DNA of 64,000 bases. Source: Gammaproteobacteria bacterium (lineage in GTDB: Bacteria > Pseudomonadota > Gammaproteobacteria > JAJFKG01). Of the stretch, positions 51,730-61,091 are shown one piece after another. The notes under the pieces are model-generated. The model had not been told where the DNA came from. It saw only the letters and a list, made by a program, of their open reading frames with translations, and ran no database searches. The stretch's first letter is position 1. Each line of letters begins with the position of its first letter. A program made the translations under genes and the position numbers. The stretch is taken from positions 99,409 through 163,408 of the forward strand of contig JAJFKG010000006.1 of NCBI GenBank assembly GCA_021773335.1, read 5' to 3'.

Positions 51730-52722
51730 TCAACAAGTTAGACGCGGCTGAGATAACATATTCAATTGTTCGCGTAACGTCTGCATGTGGTCTTGCCAAT
51801 AATTTAAGGTATTAAACCAAGGGAAATTGAGCGGAAAGGTTGGGTCTCCCCAACGCATGGCTATCCAGGATGCATAGTTCATGATGCGCAAGGTACGCAA
51901 GGCTTCTACCAAATGGAGCTCGCGTGGATTAAAATCACAAAACTCATTATAACCCTGTAATACAGCACTTAACTGCGTCTGCATTTCATGGCGTTCGCCA
52001 GCAAGCAACATCCAAATATCTTGAATCGCTGGCCCCGTGACAGCATCATCTAAATCAACAAAGTGCGGCCCAGCATCCGTCCATAGAATATTGCCAGGAT
52101 GACAATCACCGTGGATACGTAGCTGTTTGAACTCTCCCGCAGCTACAAAACAAGCATCAACTTGAGTAAGTAATTCTTGTGTTAAGCGTTGATAACCTGA
52201 CTGTAGCTCCATGGGGATAAAGCCGTGCCGAAGTAGGTATTGTGCCGCATCGTATCCATAGAGTTGCGCGGTTAAACTATGTCGATGTTGAAAATCACCG
52301 CTCCTACCAACCATGTGGATACGTCCTAACAAACGCCCTAGTCGAGTTAAATGCGCTAAATTATCCAAAGTAGGGCTGTGGCCACCTTGGCGCGGGAAAA
52401 CTGCATAGTAAAAGCCAGCCAATTCATGCAGAGTAGCACCATCGTCAGCGCACACAGGCGCAATAACAGGGATCTCTTGTTCTGCCAAATCCCAACTAAA
52501 TGCATGTTCTTCTAGTATGGCTAATTTGTTCCAGCGCCCCGGTCGATAAAACTTAGCAACGACGTATTGACCATCATCCAAACCAACTTGGTAGACGCGA
52601 TTTTCGTAACTATTAAGAGAAAGAATGCGCGCATTGGTGACATAGCCTAGGTGCTCAATAGCCTTTAAGACTACCTCGGGTAACAGATCTTGGTAGGGGT
52701 GAGAACACCGATCGTTTTGCAT
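51730..52722 (-). CDS. srkA: stress-response Ser/Thr kinase SrkA (YihE/RdoA family)
   Basis: 330 aa aminoglycoside-phosphotransferase-like kinase (VAKFYRPGRW...HGDCHPGNILW...VDLDD). Confidence 0.85.
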   Translation of the reverse strand: MQNDRCSHPYQDLLPEVVLKAIEHLGYVTNARILSLNSYENRVYQVGLDDGQYVVAKFYRPGRWNKLAILEEHAFSWDLAEQEIPVIAPVCADDGATLHELAGFYYAVFPRQGGHSPTLDNLAHLTRLGRLLGRIHMVGRSGDFQHRHSLTAQLYGYDAAQYLLRHGFIPMELQSGYQRLTQELLTQVDACFVAAGEFKQLRIHGDCHPGNILWTDAGPHFVDLDDAVTGPAIQDIWMLLAGERHEMQTQLSAVLQGYNEFCDFNPRELHLVEALRTLRIMNYASWIAMRWGDPTFPLNFPWFNTLNYWQDHMQTLREQLNMLSQPRLTC

Positions 52723-52874
52723 AATTTTTAGCCGGAAATTAGATTTTTGGATGCAATTAAAATATAAAGCGAGTATTATCAGGCACCCTGTTGGGAATGC
52801 AACTATTTAGTTAGCATTAGGAACTAACCAAACAGCATGAATGGTAACTCTACTACAGAAGGTATTGATATAAA

Positions 52875-54038
52875 ATGAATGATTACGCCTTGTTTACTTC
52901 TGAATCTGTTTCAGAAGGACACCCAGACAAAATCGCTGATCAAATTTCAGATGCCATACTTGACGCACTATTGGCGCAAGACCCAAATAGCCGTGTTGCG
53001 TGCGAAACTTACGTAAAAACAGGTATGGTGTTAGTTGGCGGTGAAGTGACAACACATGCCTGGGTTGACGTTGAAGAAATTGCACGCCGAGTGATTAGCG
53101 ACATTGGCTATAACCACTCTGACATGGGTTTTGATTGGGAATCTTGTGCTGTCTTAACCGCTATTGGTAAGCAATCACCTGACATTGCCCGTGGTGTTGA
53201 TGAAGATAATGACCACGAGCAAGGTGCTGGCGATCAAGGTTTGATGTTTGGTTATGCAACGAATGCTACAGAAGTATTAATGCCCGCGCCAATTACTTAT
53301 GCGCACCGTCTAGTGAAACGTCAAGCTGAATTACGCAAAAGCGGACAATTAGGCTGGCTAAGGCCTGACGCTAAAAGCCAGGTAACCATTCGCTACAACC
53401 AAGAGGGCAGGCCTACTGGCATCGACACTGTTGTATTATCAACTCAACATGATCCGGACGTTGATCAAGGTACCTTAGTTGAAGCTGTCATTGAAGAAAT
53501 TATCAAGCCAGTATTACCTACCGATTGGCTTGACAATGATACGCGTTATTTTGTTAATCCAACCGGACGCTTTGTCATTGGCGGGCCTTTAGGTGATTGT
53601 GGATTAACTGGACGTAAGATCATTGTTGACACCTACGGCGGCATGGCGCGGCATGGAGGCGGTTGTTTTTCAGGTAAGGATGCATCAAAAGTTGATCGTT
53701 CAGCAGCTTATGCTGCTCGCTATGTCGCAAAAAATCTGGTTGCAGCAGGCATTGCGGAACGTTGTGAAATCCAAGTGTCTTATGCTATCGGGGTTGCCGA
53801 ACCGACCTCCATTAGCGTAGAAACATTTGGCACCGGAAAAATCGATGAAGATAAGGTTACCGCTTTAATTCGTAAGCACTTTGATTTACGTCCTAAAGGT
53901 ATTGTTGACATGCTCGATCTCAAGCGCCCGATCTATCGCCAAACATCAGCGTACGGGCATTTTGGTCGTCAGGAGGCAGATTTTACCTGGGAACGTACTG
54001 ACAAAGCAGATGTTTTGCGAGATGAAGCCGGTCTATAA
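52875..54038 (+). CDS. metK: S-adenosylmethionine synthase
   Basis: [25 protein letters not shown] and GGGAFSGKD match MetK. Confidence 0.97.
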   Translation: MNDYALFTSESVSEGHPDKIADQISDAILDALLAQDPNSRVACETYVKTGMVLVGGEVTTHAWVDVEEIARRVISDIGYNHSDMGFDWESCAVLTAIGKQSPDIARGVDEDNDHEQGAGDQGLMFGYATNATEVLMPAPITYAHRLVKRQAELRKSGQLGWLRPDAKSQVTIRYNQEGRPTGIDTVVLSTQHDPDVDQGTLVEAVIEEIIKPVLPTDWLDNDTRYFVNPTGRFVIGGPLGDCGLTGRKIIVDTYGGMARHGGGCFSGKDASKVDRSAAYAARYVAKNLVAAGIAERCEIQVSYAIGVAEPTSISVETFGTGKIDEDKVTALIRKHFDLRPKGIVDMLDLKRPIYRQTSAYGHFGRQEADFTWERTDKADVLRDEAGL

Positions 54039-54086
54039 GCATCAGAAATTAAAATTTTTATTACACAATAGGGAGAGGATCTTAAC

Positions 54087-55409
54087 GTGATGACAGCAGA
54101 AACTAGCAATGCTACACAAGCAAAAACGGATCACCGTGTCGCTGATATTTCATTAGCTGAATGGGGACGCAAAGAAATCAAGATCGCTGAAACTGAAATG
54201 CCCGGTTTAATGGCACTGCGTAAGGAATATAAAAGCCAACAGCCCCTAAAAGGTGCGCGCATTGCCGGCTGTTTGCATATGACAATCCAAACTGCCGTCC
54301 TCATGGAAACCCTAATCGAGCTTGGCGCTGAAGTACGCTGGTCATCTTGTAATATTTTTTCAACCCAAGATCATGCGGCAGCGGCTATGGCAGCTGTAGA
54401 TATTCCTGTGTTTGCCTGGAAAGGCGAAAATGAAGAAGAATTTTGGTGGTGTATCGAACAAACTATCGTAGGCCCTGACAATTGGCGCCCTAACATGTTG
54501 CTCGACGACGGTGGTGACTTAACCAAAATGGTGCATGAACAGTTTCCAGAGTTACTCAAAGATATCAAAGGTATCTCTGAAGAAACAACCACTGGCGTAC
54601 ACCGCCTCTACGAAATGGCAAAAGAAAACAGCCTGAAGACACCAGCGATTAATATAAATGACTCCGTCACAAAATCTAAGTTTGATAATCTATACGGTTG
54701 TCGTGAATCATTAATTGATGGTATTAAACGCGCAACCGACGTTATGATCGCAGGCAAGATTGCTGTGGTTTTAGGCTATGGTGATGTTGGTAAAGGTTGT
54801 GCGCAGGCATTCCGTGGCATGGGCGCAACTGTATGGGTCACAGAAATTGACCCCATTTGTGCATTACAAGCGGCCATGGAAGGGTATCGCGTCGTCAACA
54901 TGGATGAAGCTGCAGCGCAAGCGGATATTTTCGTCACGTGTACCGGCAACGTCAGTGTGATTACGCATGACCATATGGCGGCTATGCACGACAATAGTAT
55001 TGTATGTAATATCGGCCATTTTGATAATGAAATCGACGTAGCTGCATTACACCAATATGAATGGGAGTCTATCAAGCCACAAGTCGATCACATTATCTTC
55101 CCTGATGGTAAACGCATTATTCTATTAGCCGAAGGCCGCTTGGTTAATTTAGGTTGTGCCACTGGTCATGCTAGTTTTGTCATGTCTAACTCATTCACCA
55201 ACCAAGTCTTAGCACAGATAGAATTATGGCAACATCATGCTAAGTATGAAAACCAAGTCTACGTGCTACCCAAAGCCCTAGATGAAAAAGTCGCTAGATT
55301 ACATTTGGACAAGATAGGGGCCAAACTCACAAAACTTAGCCCTGAACAAGCTAAATACTTAGGCCTCCCTCAAGAAGGACCCTATAAACCTGAGTACTAT
55401 CGTTACTGA
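54087..55409 (+). CDS. ahcY: adenosylhomocysteinase
   Basis: [28 protein letters not shown] and the NAD-binding GYGDVGKG match AhcY. Confidence 0.97.
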   Translation: MMTAETSNATQAKTDHRVADISLAEWGRKEIKIAETEMPGLMALRKEYKSQQPLKGARIAGCLHMTIQTAVLMETLIELGAEVRWSSCNIFSTQDHAAAAMAAVDIPVFAWKGENEEEFWWCIEQTIVGPDNWRPNMLLDDGGDLTKMVHEQFPELLKDIKGISEETTTGVHRLYEMAKENSLKTPAININDSVTKSKFDNLYGCRESLIDGIKRATDVMIAGKIAVVLGYGDVGKGCAQAFRGMGATVWVTEIDPICALQAAMEGYRVVNMDEAAAQADIFVTCTGNVSVITHDHMAAMHDNSIVCNIGHFDNEIDVAALHQYEWESIKPQVDHIIFPDGKRIILLAEGRLVNLGCATGHASFVMSNSFTNQVLAQIELWQHHAKYENQVYVLPKALDEKVARLHLDKIGAKLTKLSPEQAKYLGLPQEGPYKPEYYRY

Positions 55410-55417
55410 GAGTTCAG

Positions 55418-55445
55418 CACAAGAAATATAAGGGCAGCAATAGCT
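55418..55445 (+). terminator. perfect 9-bp hairpin (AGGGCAGC-AATA-GCTGCCCT) after ahcY, with a weak U-tail; possible terminator or attenuator before metF
   Basis: Read directly from the sequence. The following stretch ATTATGTT is only moderately U-rich. Confidence 0.45.
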
Positions 55446-55511
55446 GCCCTTATTATGTTAGTCACTCATTTTAAATATAAGAGAATAGCAAACAAAAAGT
55501 CATTAAATACC

Positions 55512-56384
55512 ATGCAATCACAACAACAGCATCAGCAACATCTTAGCTTCGAGTTTTTTCCTCCTAAAACCACTCAGGGCTGTGAAAAGCTACTTAACAC
55601 AACTCAACAATTGAGTAAATTCAACCCTCTTTTTTTCTCGGTCACATTTGGCGCTGGCGGAACGACTATTGAGGGAACACGCAGTACTGTTCTTGCTATC
55701 AATGAAGACACTCAAGTTACCACCGCACCGCATATTTCCTGCATTGGCTCAACCCGCGATAGTATCGCACGTATGTTAGATGATTATATCGCAGCAGGTG
55801 TTACGCAATTGGTTGTTTTACGTGGTGACAAGCCTTCAGGTATGGGCGGCAGTATTGGTGAGTTACGTTATGCGAATGAATTGGTAGCATTTATTAGGGA
55901 AAAAACAGCTGATCATTTCCACATCCATGTCGCTGCCTATGCTGAATTTCACCCCGAAGCGGAATGTGCGCAAACTGATTTGAATAACTTTAAACGTAAA
56001 GTTGAGGCAGGCGCTGATAGTGCCTTAACCCAATATTTTTATAACGCTGACGCCTATTTTCAGCTTATCGATAGTTGTGAAAAATTGAATATCACAATCC
56101 CCATCACGCCGGGCATTATGCCCATCACCAACTATAAACAATTAGCACGCTTCTCTGATGCCTGTGGTGCTGAAATACCACGCTGGTTACGCAAACGTTT
56201 AGAAGGTTACGGTGATGATGACTTAGCATCACTGCGTCAATTTGGTGAAGAGGTAGTAACCGACTTATGTGCCAAACTATTAAGCGCAGGCGCACCTGGC
56301 TTGCATTTTTATACATTAAATAAAGCTGAACCTAGCTTAACGATTTGCCGCAATTTGAATTTTCTCAATACTGCAAAGGTATAA
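55512..56384 (+). CDS. metF: 5,10-methylenetetrahydrofolate reductase
   Basis: LSFEFFPPKT...VTFGAGG...HISCIG...ALRGD align with E. coli MetF. The start is set at MQSQQQ because the upstream ATG at 55455 sits in the hairpin. Confidence 0.9.
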   Translation: MQSQQQHQQHLSFEFFPPKTTQGCEKLLNTTQQLSKFNPLFFSVTFGAGGTTIEGTRSTVLAINEDTQVTTAPHISCIGSTRDSIARMLDDYIAAGVTQLVVLRGDKPSGMGGSIGELRYANELVAFIREKTADHFHIHVAAYAEFHPEAECAQTDLNNFKRKVEAGADSALTQYFYNADAYFQLIDSCEKLNITIPITPGIMPITNYKQLARFSDACGAEIPRWLRKRLEGYGDDDLASLRQFGEEVVTDLCAKLLSAGAPGLHFYTLNKAEPSLTICRNLNFLNTAKV

Positions 56385-56389
56385 ATGCC

Positions 56390-57121
56390 GTGCATATCCC
56401 TCGTGTCTATCAAGCTTGTGAGCTAGCTATTGGTTGTGAGTTGGCGCTTGACCAACGTGCCTGCCACCATTTAACCAATGTATTGCGCTTACGCGAAGGC
56501 GCGCCTATCATCCTATTTAATGGTCAAGGTGGCGAATACGCTGCACTATTAATCCAGGTAAAGAAAAAGAATGTCATTGTCAAAGTACGAGAATTTCATG
56601 ATAGTTCTACAGAATCCAAATTAAGTATCCATCTTGGGCAGGCCATCTCGCGCAGCGCCAAAATGGATTTTGCCTTACAAAAAGCTGTAGAACTTGGCGT
56701 TACCCAGATAACCCCATTAATCACGCAATATTGTGCTATCAAAATATCTACTCAACAACTTGAAAAGAAATACAAGCATTGGCAAGGCATAATTATAAAT
56801 GCTTGTGAACAATCCGGACGCGCACGCATTCCAATACTGCATAAGCCCTGCCGATTAACTAGCTGGAAAGGTTTTAGTAGTATTGAGCTAGGCTTATTAC
56901 TTGAACCAAAGACAACTGCAACCTTACACGATATCATTCAAAAGCCACAATCACTTGCGCTACTCATAGGGCCAGAAGGCGGTTTAAGTACGGATGAAGT
57001 AGCACTAATGAAAGCTCAAGGTGTTAAAGCAATCAGCCTAGGCCCACGTATCTTACGTACCGAGACAGCTACGGTTTGTGCTTTATCAATTCTGCAAGCA
57101 CGTTGGGGTGATTTAGCTTAG
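56390..57121 (+). CDS. rsmE: 16S rRNA (uracil1498-N3)-methyltransferase RsmE
   Basis: (M)HIPRVYQ... N-terminus and the C-terminal SPOUT knot (LLIGPEGGLSTDEV). A GTG start just after the metF stop is inferred; the ORF-track start at 56345 overlaps metF. Confidence 0.75.
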   Translation: MHIPRVYQACELAIGCELALDQRACHHLTNVLRLREGAPIILFNGQGGEYAALLIQVKKKNVIVKVREFHDSSTESKLSIHLGQAISRSAKMDFALQKAVELGVTQITPLITQYCAIKISTQQLEKKYKHWQGIIINACEQSGRARIPILHKPCRLTSWKGFSSIELGLLLEPKTTATLHDIIQKPQSLALLIGPEGGLSTDEVALMKAQGVKAISLGPRILRTETATVCALSILQARWGDLA

Positions 57122-57129
57122 CAAAAAAA

Positions 57130-57310
57130 CCTTGATGCGCTGCTGCGCAGCTTATCAAGGCTACAAAAGCGCGCTACCACGTAGCCTTGATAAGCGCCGA
57201 AGGCGCGCATCAAGGGCCTGAGTTGGCAAATGCTGATCCTTGATGCGCCGCTCCGCGGCTTATCAAGGCTACCATATGAGCTTGGCGCAGAGACCGTAGG
57301 CTACATAAGA
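57130..57310. repeat. second cluster of REP-like palindromic units (3 full units plus 1 partial) of the same family as 11996-12250
   Basis: The units lie at 57130-57164, 57181-57215 (inverted) and 57238-57272, with a partial GTAGGCTAC at 57296-57310. The unit at 57238-57272 differs by 1 nt from the reverse complement of 12111-12146. Confidence 0.8.
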
Positions 57311-57339
57311 AGCAAAGCCACAGCGTATTAAACTTAAAA

Positions 57340-58296
57340 CTATTCCAATTCTTTTGCATAAGTTGCGATCGGTGGCAAGGTTTTAACGCTACCTTGCTGT
57401 TGTAAATACGCCGCAAACTTAGCGTAACGCTGTTTATCTAATACCGCTGGTCGCAGAGCAAAACGCGGTAAAGTTGCAAACCAAGCACGTTTATTCAATT
57501 CATTGTTAAGTTCCGGGTGCTGTTTAGCAAATACCTTCCATGTCGCCCGTGGGTGATTAACAAGATACAGAGTGCCTGCTTGCAAAGCTTGTAAAAAGCG
57601 CGGCAACCTTGGATCACCAATTTCTTTTTTATTCGTGACGATGATCAACTCATCATACACGGGCATACCACTTTCTTCGGGGAAAAATGCTCTCCCTGGC
57701 TTACCTGCTAATGCCACTTGTGTCATTTCAAAGTTACGCATCATGCCGGTAACGGCATCAACACGACCAGCCAATAGTGCCTGAGTCAAATTATAATGCA
57801 CATTAACTAGCGTTACATCTTGCCTAGTAAGCCTTGCGCGTTTTAGCATGGCATCAAGCATAATTGCATCGACACCGCCTGTACTATAACCAATACGCTT
57901 ACCTCTTAAATCTTTAAGTGACTTTATTGGTCCATCTTTCAGTACAACTAAACAATTTAACGGTGTCGCGATCAACGTGCCTATGCGCACTAATGGCAAC
58001 CCTTGCGCTATGGCTAACATAAATTGTGGCTGGTAAGTAACCGCTACATCAGTTTTGCCGGCTGCAACTAACTTGAGGGGATCAGCTGGATCCGCTGGCG
58101 CAATAAATTTAACTGGCACACCGGCTTTAGCAAAATAACCTTGCTGCTGAGCAACAAACAAAGGTGCATGATCGGGATTTACAAACCAATCTAGCATAAC
58201 CGTTAAGGGCTGCTGCTTTGTTGCGGCAAAGACAAATGTGCTAAGCAGCAACGTACCGACGAATATTAATTTCAAGCTTTGTTTCATTATCTTCAT
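57340..58296 (-). CDS. ABC transporter periplasmic substrate-binding protein, NMT1/THI5-like (ThiY-like)
   Basis: Signal peptide plus NMT1/THI5-family SBP sequence. It is the last gene of the riboswitch-controlled operon. Confidence 0.75.
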   Translation of the reverse strand: MKIMKQSLKLIFVGTLLLSTFVFAATKQQPLTVMLDWFVNPDHAPLFVAQQQGYFAKAGVPVKFIAPADPADPLKLVAAGKTDVAVTYQPQFMLAIAQGLPLVRIGTLIATPLNCLVVLKDGPIKSLKDLRGKRIGYSTGGVDAIMLDAMLKRARLTRQDVTLVNVHYNLTQALLAGRVDAVTGMMRNFEMTQVALAGKPGRAFFPEESGMPVYDELIIVTNKKEIGDPRLPRFLQALQAGTLYLVNHPRATWKVFAKQHPELNNELNKRAWFATLPRFALRPAVLDKQRYAKFAAYLQQQGSVKTLPPIATYAKELE

Positions 58297-58392
58297 TTCA
58301 CACCATGCTTATCAATTGATGTATCCTCACGAATTATTTTTTTCGATTTTACTTAACATCAATCAGTTGTGTAGCCTACTGTCTTTGTGGTT

Positions 58393-59217
58393 TTATTCGT
58401 GGGGACACGTCAGCTCATTAACCCAAGGCATCGCCATTCGTAGAAGCTTATCCACACTAAAATAAAGCGCCAGACTCATTAGAGTAACGGTAACTAACGC
58501 CGCAAACATGACATCAATTTGCATCCGGGCATTAGCATTTAACATTAAAAAACCCAAACCCGCACTTGACCCTACCCACTCACCAACGACTGCACCAATC
58601 GGTGCGATCGCAGCGGCAATGCGTAAGCCCGAAGCTAAATTCGGTAAAGCGGCGGGCACACGAATATGCCAAAGTATGCGCCAGCGTGAACCGCCCATGG
58701 TTTTAGCCAAATATAACCATCCTGGATTAGTGCGCCGTAAACCATCAAAAAATGCAGTGGTTACCGGAAAATATAACATCAAAATCGTCGTCGCTATTTT
58801 AGATGCCATACCATAACCAAACCACACAACAAACAAAGGAGCTATGGCAAAAGTTGGTAGTGCTTGGCTAATAACTAATATCGGCAATAACCAGTGCCGT
58901 AAAGGCTGAAAATACGCAATAATAAGAGCTGACATAACGCCTAGTAACGAACCACACAATAAACCTAATAAAGTTTCTGTTAACGTTAGCATCCCCTGAT
59001 GGAGCAATAAGCTACGTTGTTGATAAGCAGTTTTTAATACCGCCCCTGGCCCCGGTAAAATATAGGGTGGCAACGATCCCAACCAAACGATAGCTTGCCA
59101 AATAATTAGTAAACCGATCGTTAGCAGTATTATTCTAGATAATGGATTAATTCCCATTTTTTTCGTTAAACGAATTCGTCGATCGTAAGAAACTGGGAAC
59201 ACCCTAACATCATCCAT
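58393..59217 (-). CDS. ABC transporter permease (NitT/TauT family; ThiX-like)
   Basis: 6-TM permease with the EAA-type loop (LASGLRIAAAIAPIGAVVGE). Confidence 0.8.
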   Translation of the reverse strand: MDDVRVFPVSYDRRIRLTKKMGINPLSRIILLTIGLLIIWQAIVWLGSLPPYILPGPGAVLKTAYQQRSLLLHQGMLTLTETLLGLLCGSLLGVMSALIIAYFQPLRHWLLPILVISQALPTFAIAPLFVVWFGYGMASKIATTILMLYFPVTTAFFDGLRRTNPGWLYLAKTMGGSRWRILWHIRVPAALPNLASGLRIAAAIAPIGAVVGEWVGSSAGLGFLMLNANARMQIDVMFAALVTVTLMSLALYFSVDKLLRMAMPWVNELTCPHE

Positions 59218-59977
59218 TACGTAAGCACTCCAACAATTGTGCCTGCAAATGTAATAATTCAGTATCTTGGATATTACGAGGCTTTTCGCCGTTTAAGTGC
59301 AAAGGAGCTTTCAGCTTGGCCGGTCGTCCCTTCATGATCAACACATTATCAGCAAGGCGCAGTGCTTCTAATGGATCATGTGTCACTAGTAATACGGTTT
59401 TGTCTTTGAGTAAACGTGCAGCAATTTCTTGCAAGCGTAAGCGAGTGATTGCATCTAATTTTGAAAATGGTTCATCCATAAGTACGATAGGGCGATCTTC
59501 AATTAGGGTGCGTACTAAAGCGACTCGTTGCCGCATCCCCCCTGAGAGTGCTGCTGGTCGGCGCTCAATAACATCTCGCAAACCGACTTCCGCTAACAAA
59601 CTACGCGCCCTGCGTGCTATCGAGCTTTTATTAGCTCCCCGCAAGCTTGCACCTAATAAGACATTGTCAAACACCGACAACCAAGGTAGCAGCAAGTCAT
59701 CCTGTCCCATGTAAGCAAGATTCTCACGTACAATCCAATCGGCATCGCAGCTAATTGTAGCCTGCATCTGCGTCTGCCTTTGCTTAGGAATAATATCAGC
59801 AAGCAAATAGAGTAAACTACTTTTGCCGACACCGCTGGGTCCCAGCAGACAACTCCATTGCCCTAGCGGGATGCTACAATCGAGGTTCGAAAAGACGGCT
59901 TGCTGACCATAACGTAATGTCGCATTACGGATATGCAAGGCAGGGCACGGCTGCGTATCATTTACTTGGTAAATCAT
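59210..59977 (-). CDS. ABC transporter ATP-binding protein (ThiZ-like)
   Basis: Walker A GPSGVGKSS, the ABC signature LSGGMRQRV, and Walker B LLMDEPFSKLD. It overlaps the permease by 8 nt. Confidence 0.85.
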   Translation of the reverse strand: MIYQVNDTQPCPALHIRNATLRYGQQAVFSNLDCSIPLGQWSCLLGPSGVGKSSLLYLLADIIPKQRQTQMQATISCDADWIVRENLAYMGQDDLLLPWLSVFDNVLLGASLRGANKSSIARRARSLLAEVGLRDVIERRPAALSGGMRQRVALVRTLIEDRPIVLMDEPFSKLDAITRLRLQEIAARLLKDKTVLLVTHDPLEALRLADNVLIMKGRPAKLKAPLHLNGEKPRNIQDTELLHLQAQLLECLRNG

Positions 59978-59982
59978 GTCAC

Positions 59983-60073
59983 GCTTTCCTACGTCGGTGT
60001 TAACCGTATCAGGTTCAAAGGGTCGTTTTACGCGAATCTTGCCGTAAAACCTCTCAGCCGCAGCTCCCCTAGG
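59983..60073 (-). promoter_or_regulatory. TPP (thiamine pyrophosphate) riboswitch / THI element
   Basis: The minus-strand RNA reads GGGGAGCUGCGGCUGAGAGG...ACGACCCUUUGAACCUGAUACGGUUAACACCGACGUAGGAAAGCGUGACAUG. It matches the THI-box consensus block for block (GGGG.GC..GCUGAGA...ACCC.UUGAACCUGAUC.GGUUAAUACC.GCGUAGGGAA). The AGGAAAG at its 3' end serves as the SD for the ATPase gene, 6 nt before the ATG. Confidence 0.85.
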
Positions 60074-60599
60074 GTCAAGCCCGCTATTCTACAGCAGTAC
60101 TGCAAAAGTCCAAGTTTTTAACAAAAATATATTCCCGCCAACTACTACATTGCCCATTTTGTTTGTAAGCAATATCTCAACATCAAGTAAGCCATATCAG
60201 CTATTTATCAGTGCCACATCTGACAACATTTATTCGAAAAATTGTATCCATTTGTTTTAATTAAATATTAATATAGATTTCTTGGCTCTTTACTGTATCA
60301 AACTTAAGCAAGACAAATTTTGACCCTTGTGAAAAAAATAAGACCTGGTAAATTCACGCCCACAACCACAGTATAGCGACGAATTTTATACCCCAATATT
60401 ATTAGTCACGGCATAGCGTTAGGTAGCGGACAGGGAAGTCCGCCTTTATATTTGCCAGCAACTAACTGTAACTGTAGGCAGTATTGAGATGTACGGGTTG
60501 TCATGCTGGCAAGCAATGTGCATAAAAACAGTCAGCAATAGGGACGCCCCCTCATTTTAAGTGCTTTCGTTGGGAAATTTGAGTACATTTCTCAATAAC

Positions 60600-60706
60600 A
60601 GTTTGCAAGGAAGCGATTGTAGACATGGATGTCTAGCAAGGATGCAATTGAGGGCAAGGAGTGCCCACAAGGCCTGGGAAGGGCGGGCTCAACCCGCCCT
60701 TTCTTT
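60600..60706 (+). ncRNA. CsrA/RsmA-sequestering small RNA of the RsmY/RsmZ/CsrB class (5' end uncertain)
   Basis: There are four stem-loops with GGA in the loop: gcAAGGAAgc (60605-60614), agacaUGGAugucu (60621-60634), gcAAGGAugc (60636-60645) and ggcAAGGAgugcc (60654-60666). The second matches the CsrA SELEX consensus RUACARGGAUGU. The RNA ends in the terminator GGGCGGGC-UCAA-CCCGCCC plus UUUCUUUUU (60681-60709). The palindrome TTGAG-N7-CTCAA at 60579-60595 lies upstream. No ORF is present. Confidence 0.7.
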
Positions 60707-60827
60707 TTATGCTCACCCCCGCTCGTAAATCCGCTTATTGACCATACTAAGTTGCTATTACTTTAACAAAACGGCAAAATAATACCTCTTCATTGTGAGT
60801 ACCATCTCACACACAACAGGTTATTTA

Positions 60828-61082
60828 ATGAGTAATTCTCGACTTAAAAAACGCTTTATCGCTGGGGCGAATTGTCCGCATTGTGGCGAACTCGATAAAA
60901 TAGCGTGGTACTGCGATACATTGCAGCCAGACGATGATTATATCGCTTGTGTCCGCTGTGATTATACAGTTTCACAACAGGATATATTAAACCTCGCCAA
61001 AGCAACGACATCAGCTCCGCAAACAATTACTCCCGCAAATAGTACTAAAGAACAAGCTATCGTATGGCACGCAAAAACATAA
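60828..61082 (+). CDS. yheV: YheV-family putative zinc-ribbon protein (DUF2387)
   Basis: [22 protein letters not shown]...ACVRCDY matches E. coli YheV (RKRFIAGAKCPACQAQDSM...). The start is set at MSNSRL. Confidence 0.7.
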   Translation: MSNSRLKKRFIAGANCPHCGELDKIAWYCDTLQPDDDYIACVRCDYTVSQQDILNLAKATTSAPQTITPANSTKEQAIVWHAKT

Positions 61083-61091
61083 GAAACTTCT

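Noticed and set aside
52723-52874. Possible SAM or SAH riboswitch in the metK leader (CAGGCACCC...GGAATGCAAC looked faintly SAH-like)
   Set aside because: The conserved cores (SAH: GAGGAGCGCUGCAAC...AGGCUCGG...AACG.CGC; SAM-I: kink-turn, GGA-UGG, GCUAAAUCC) cannot be aligned. The resemblance is limited to a few nucleotides.
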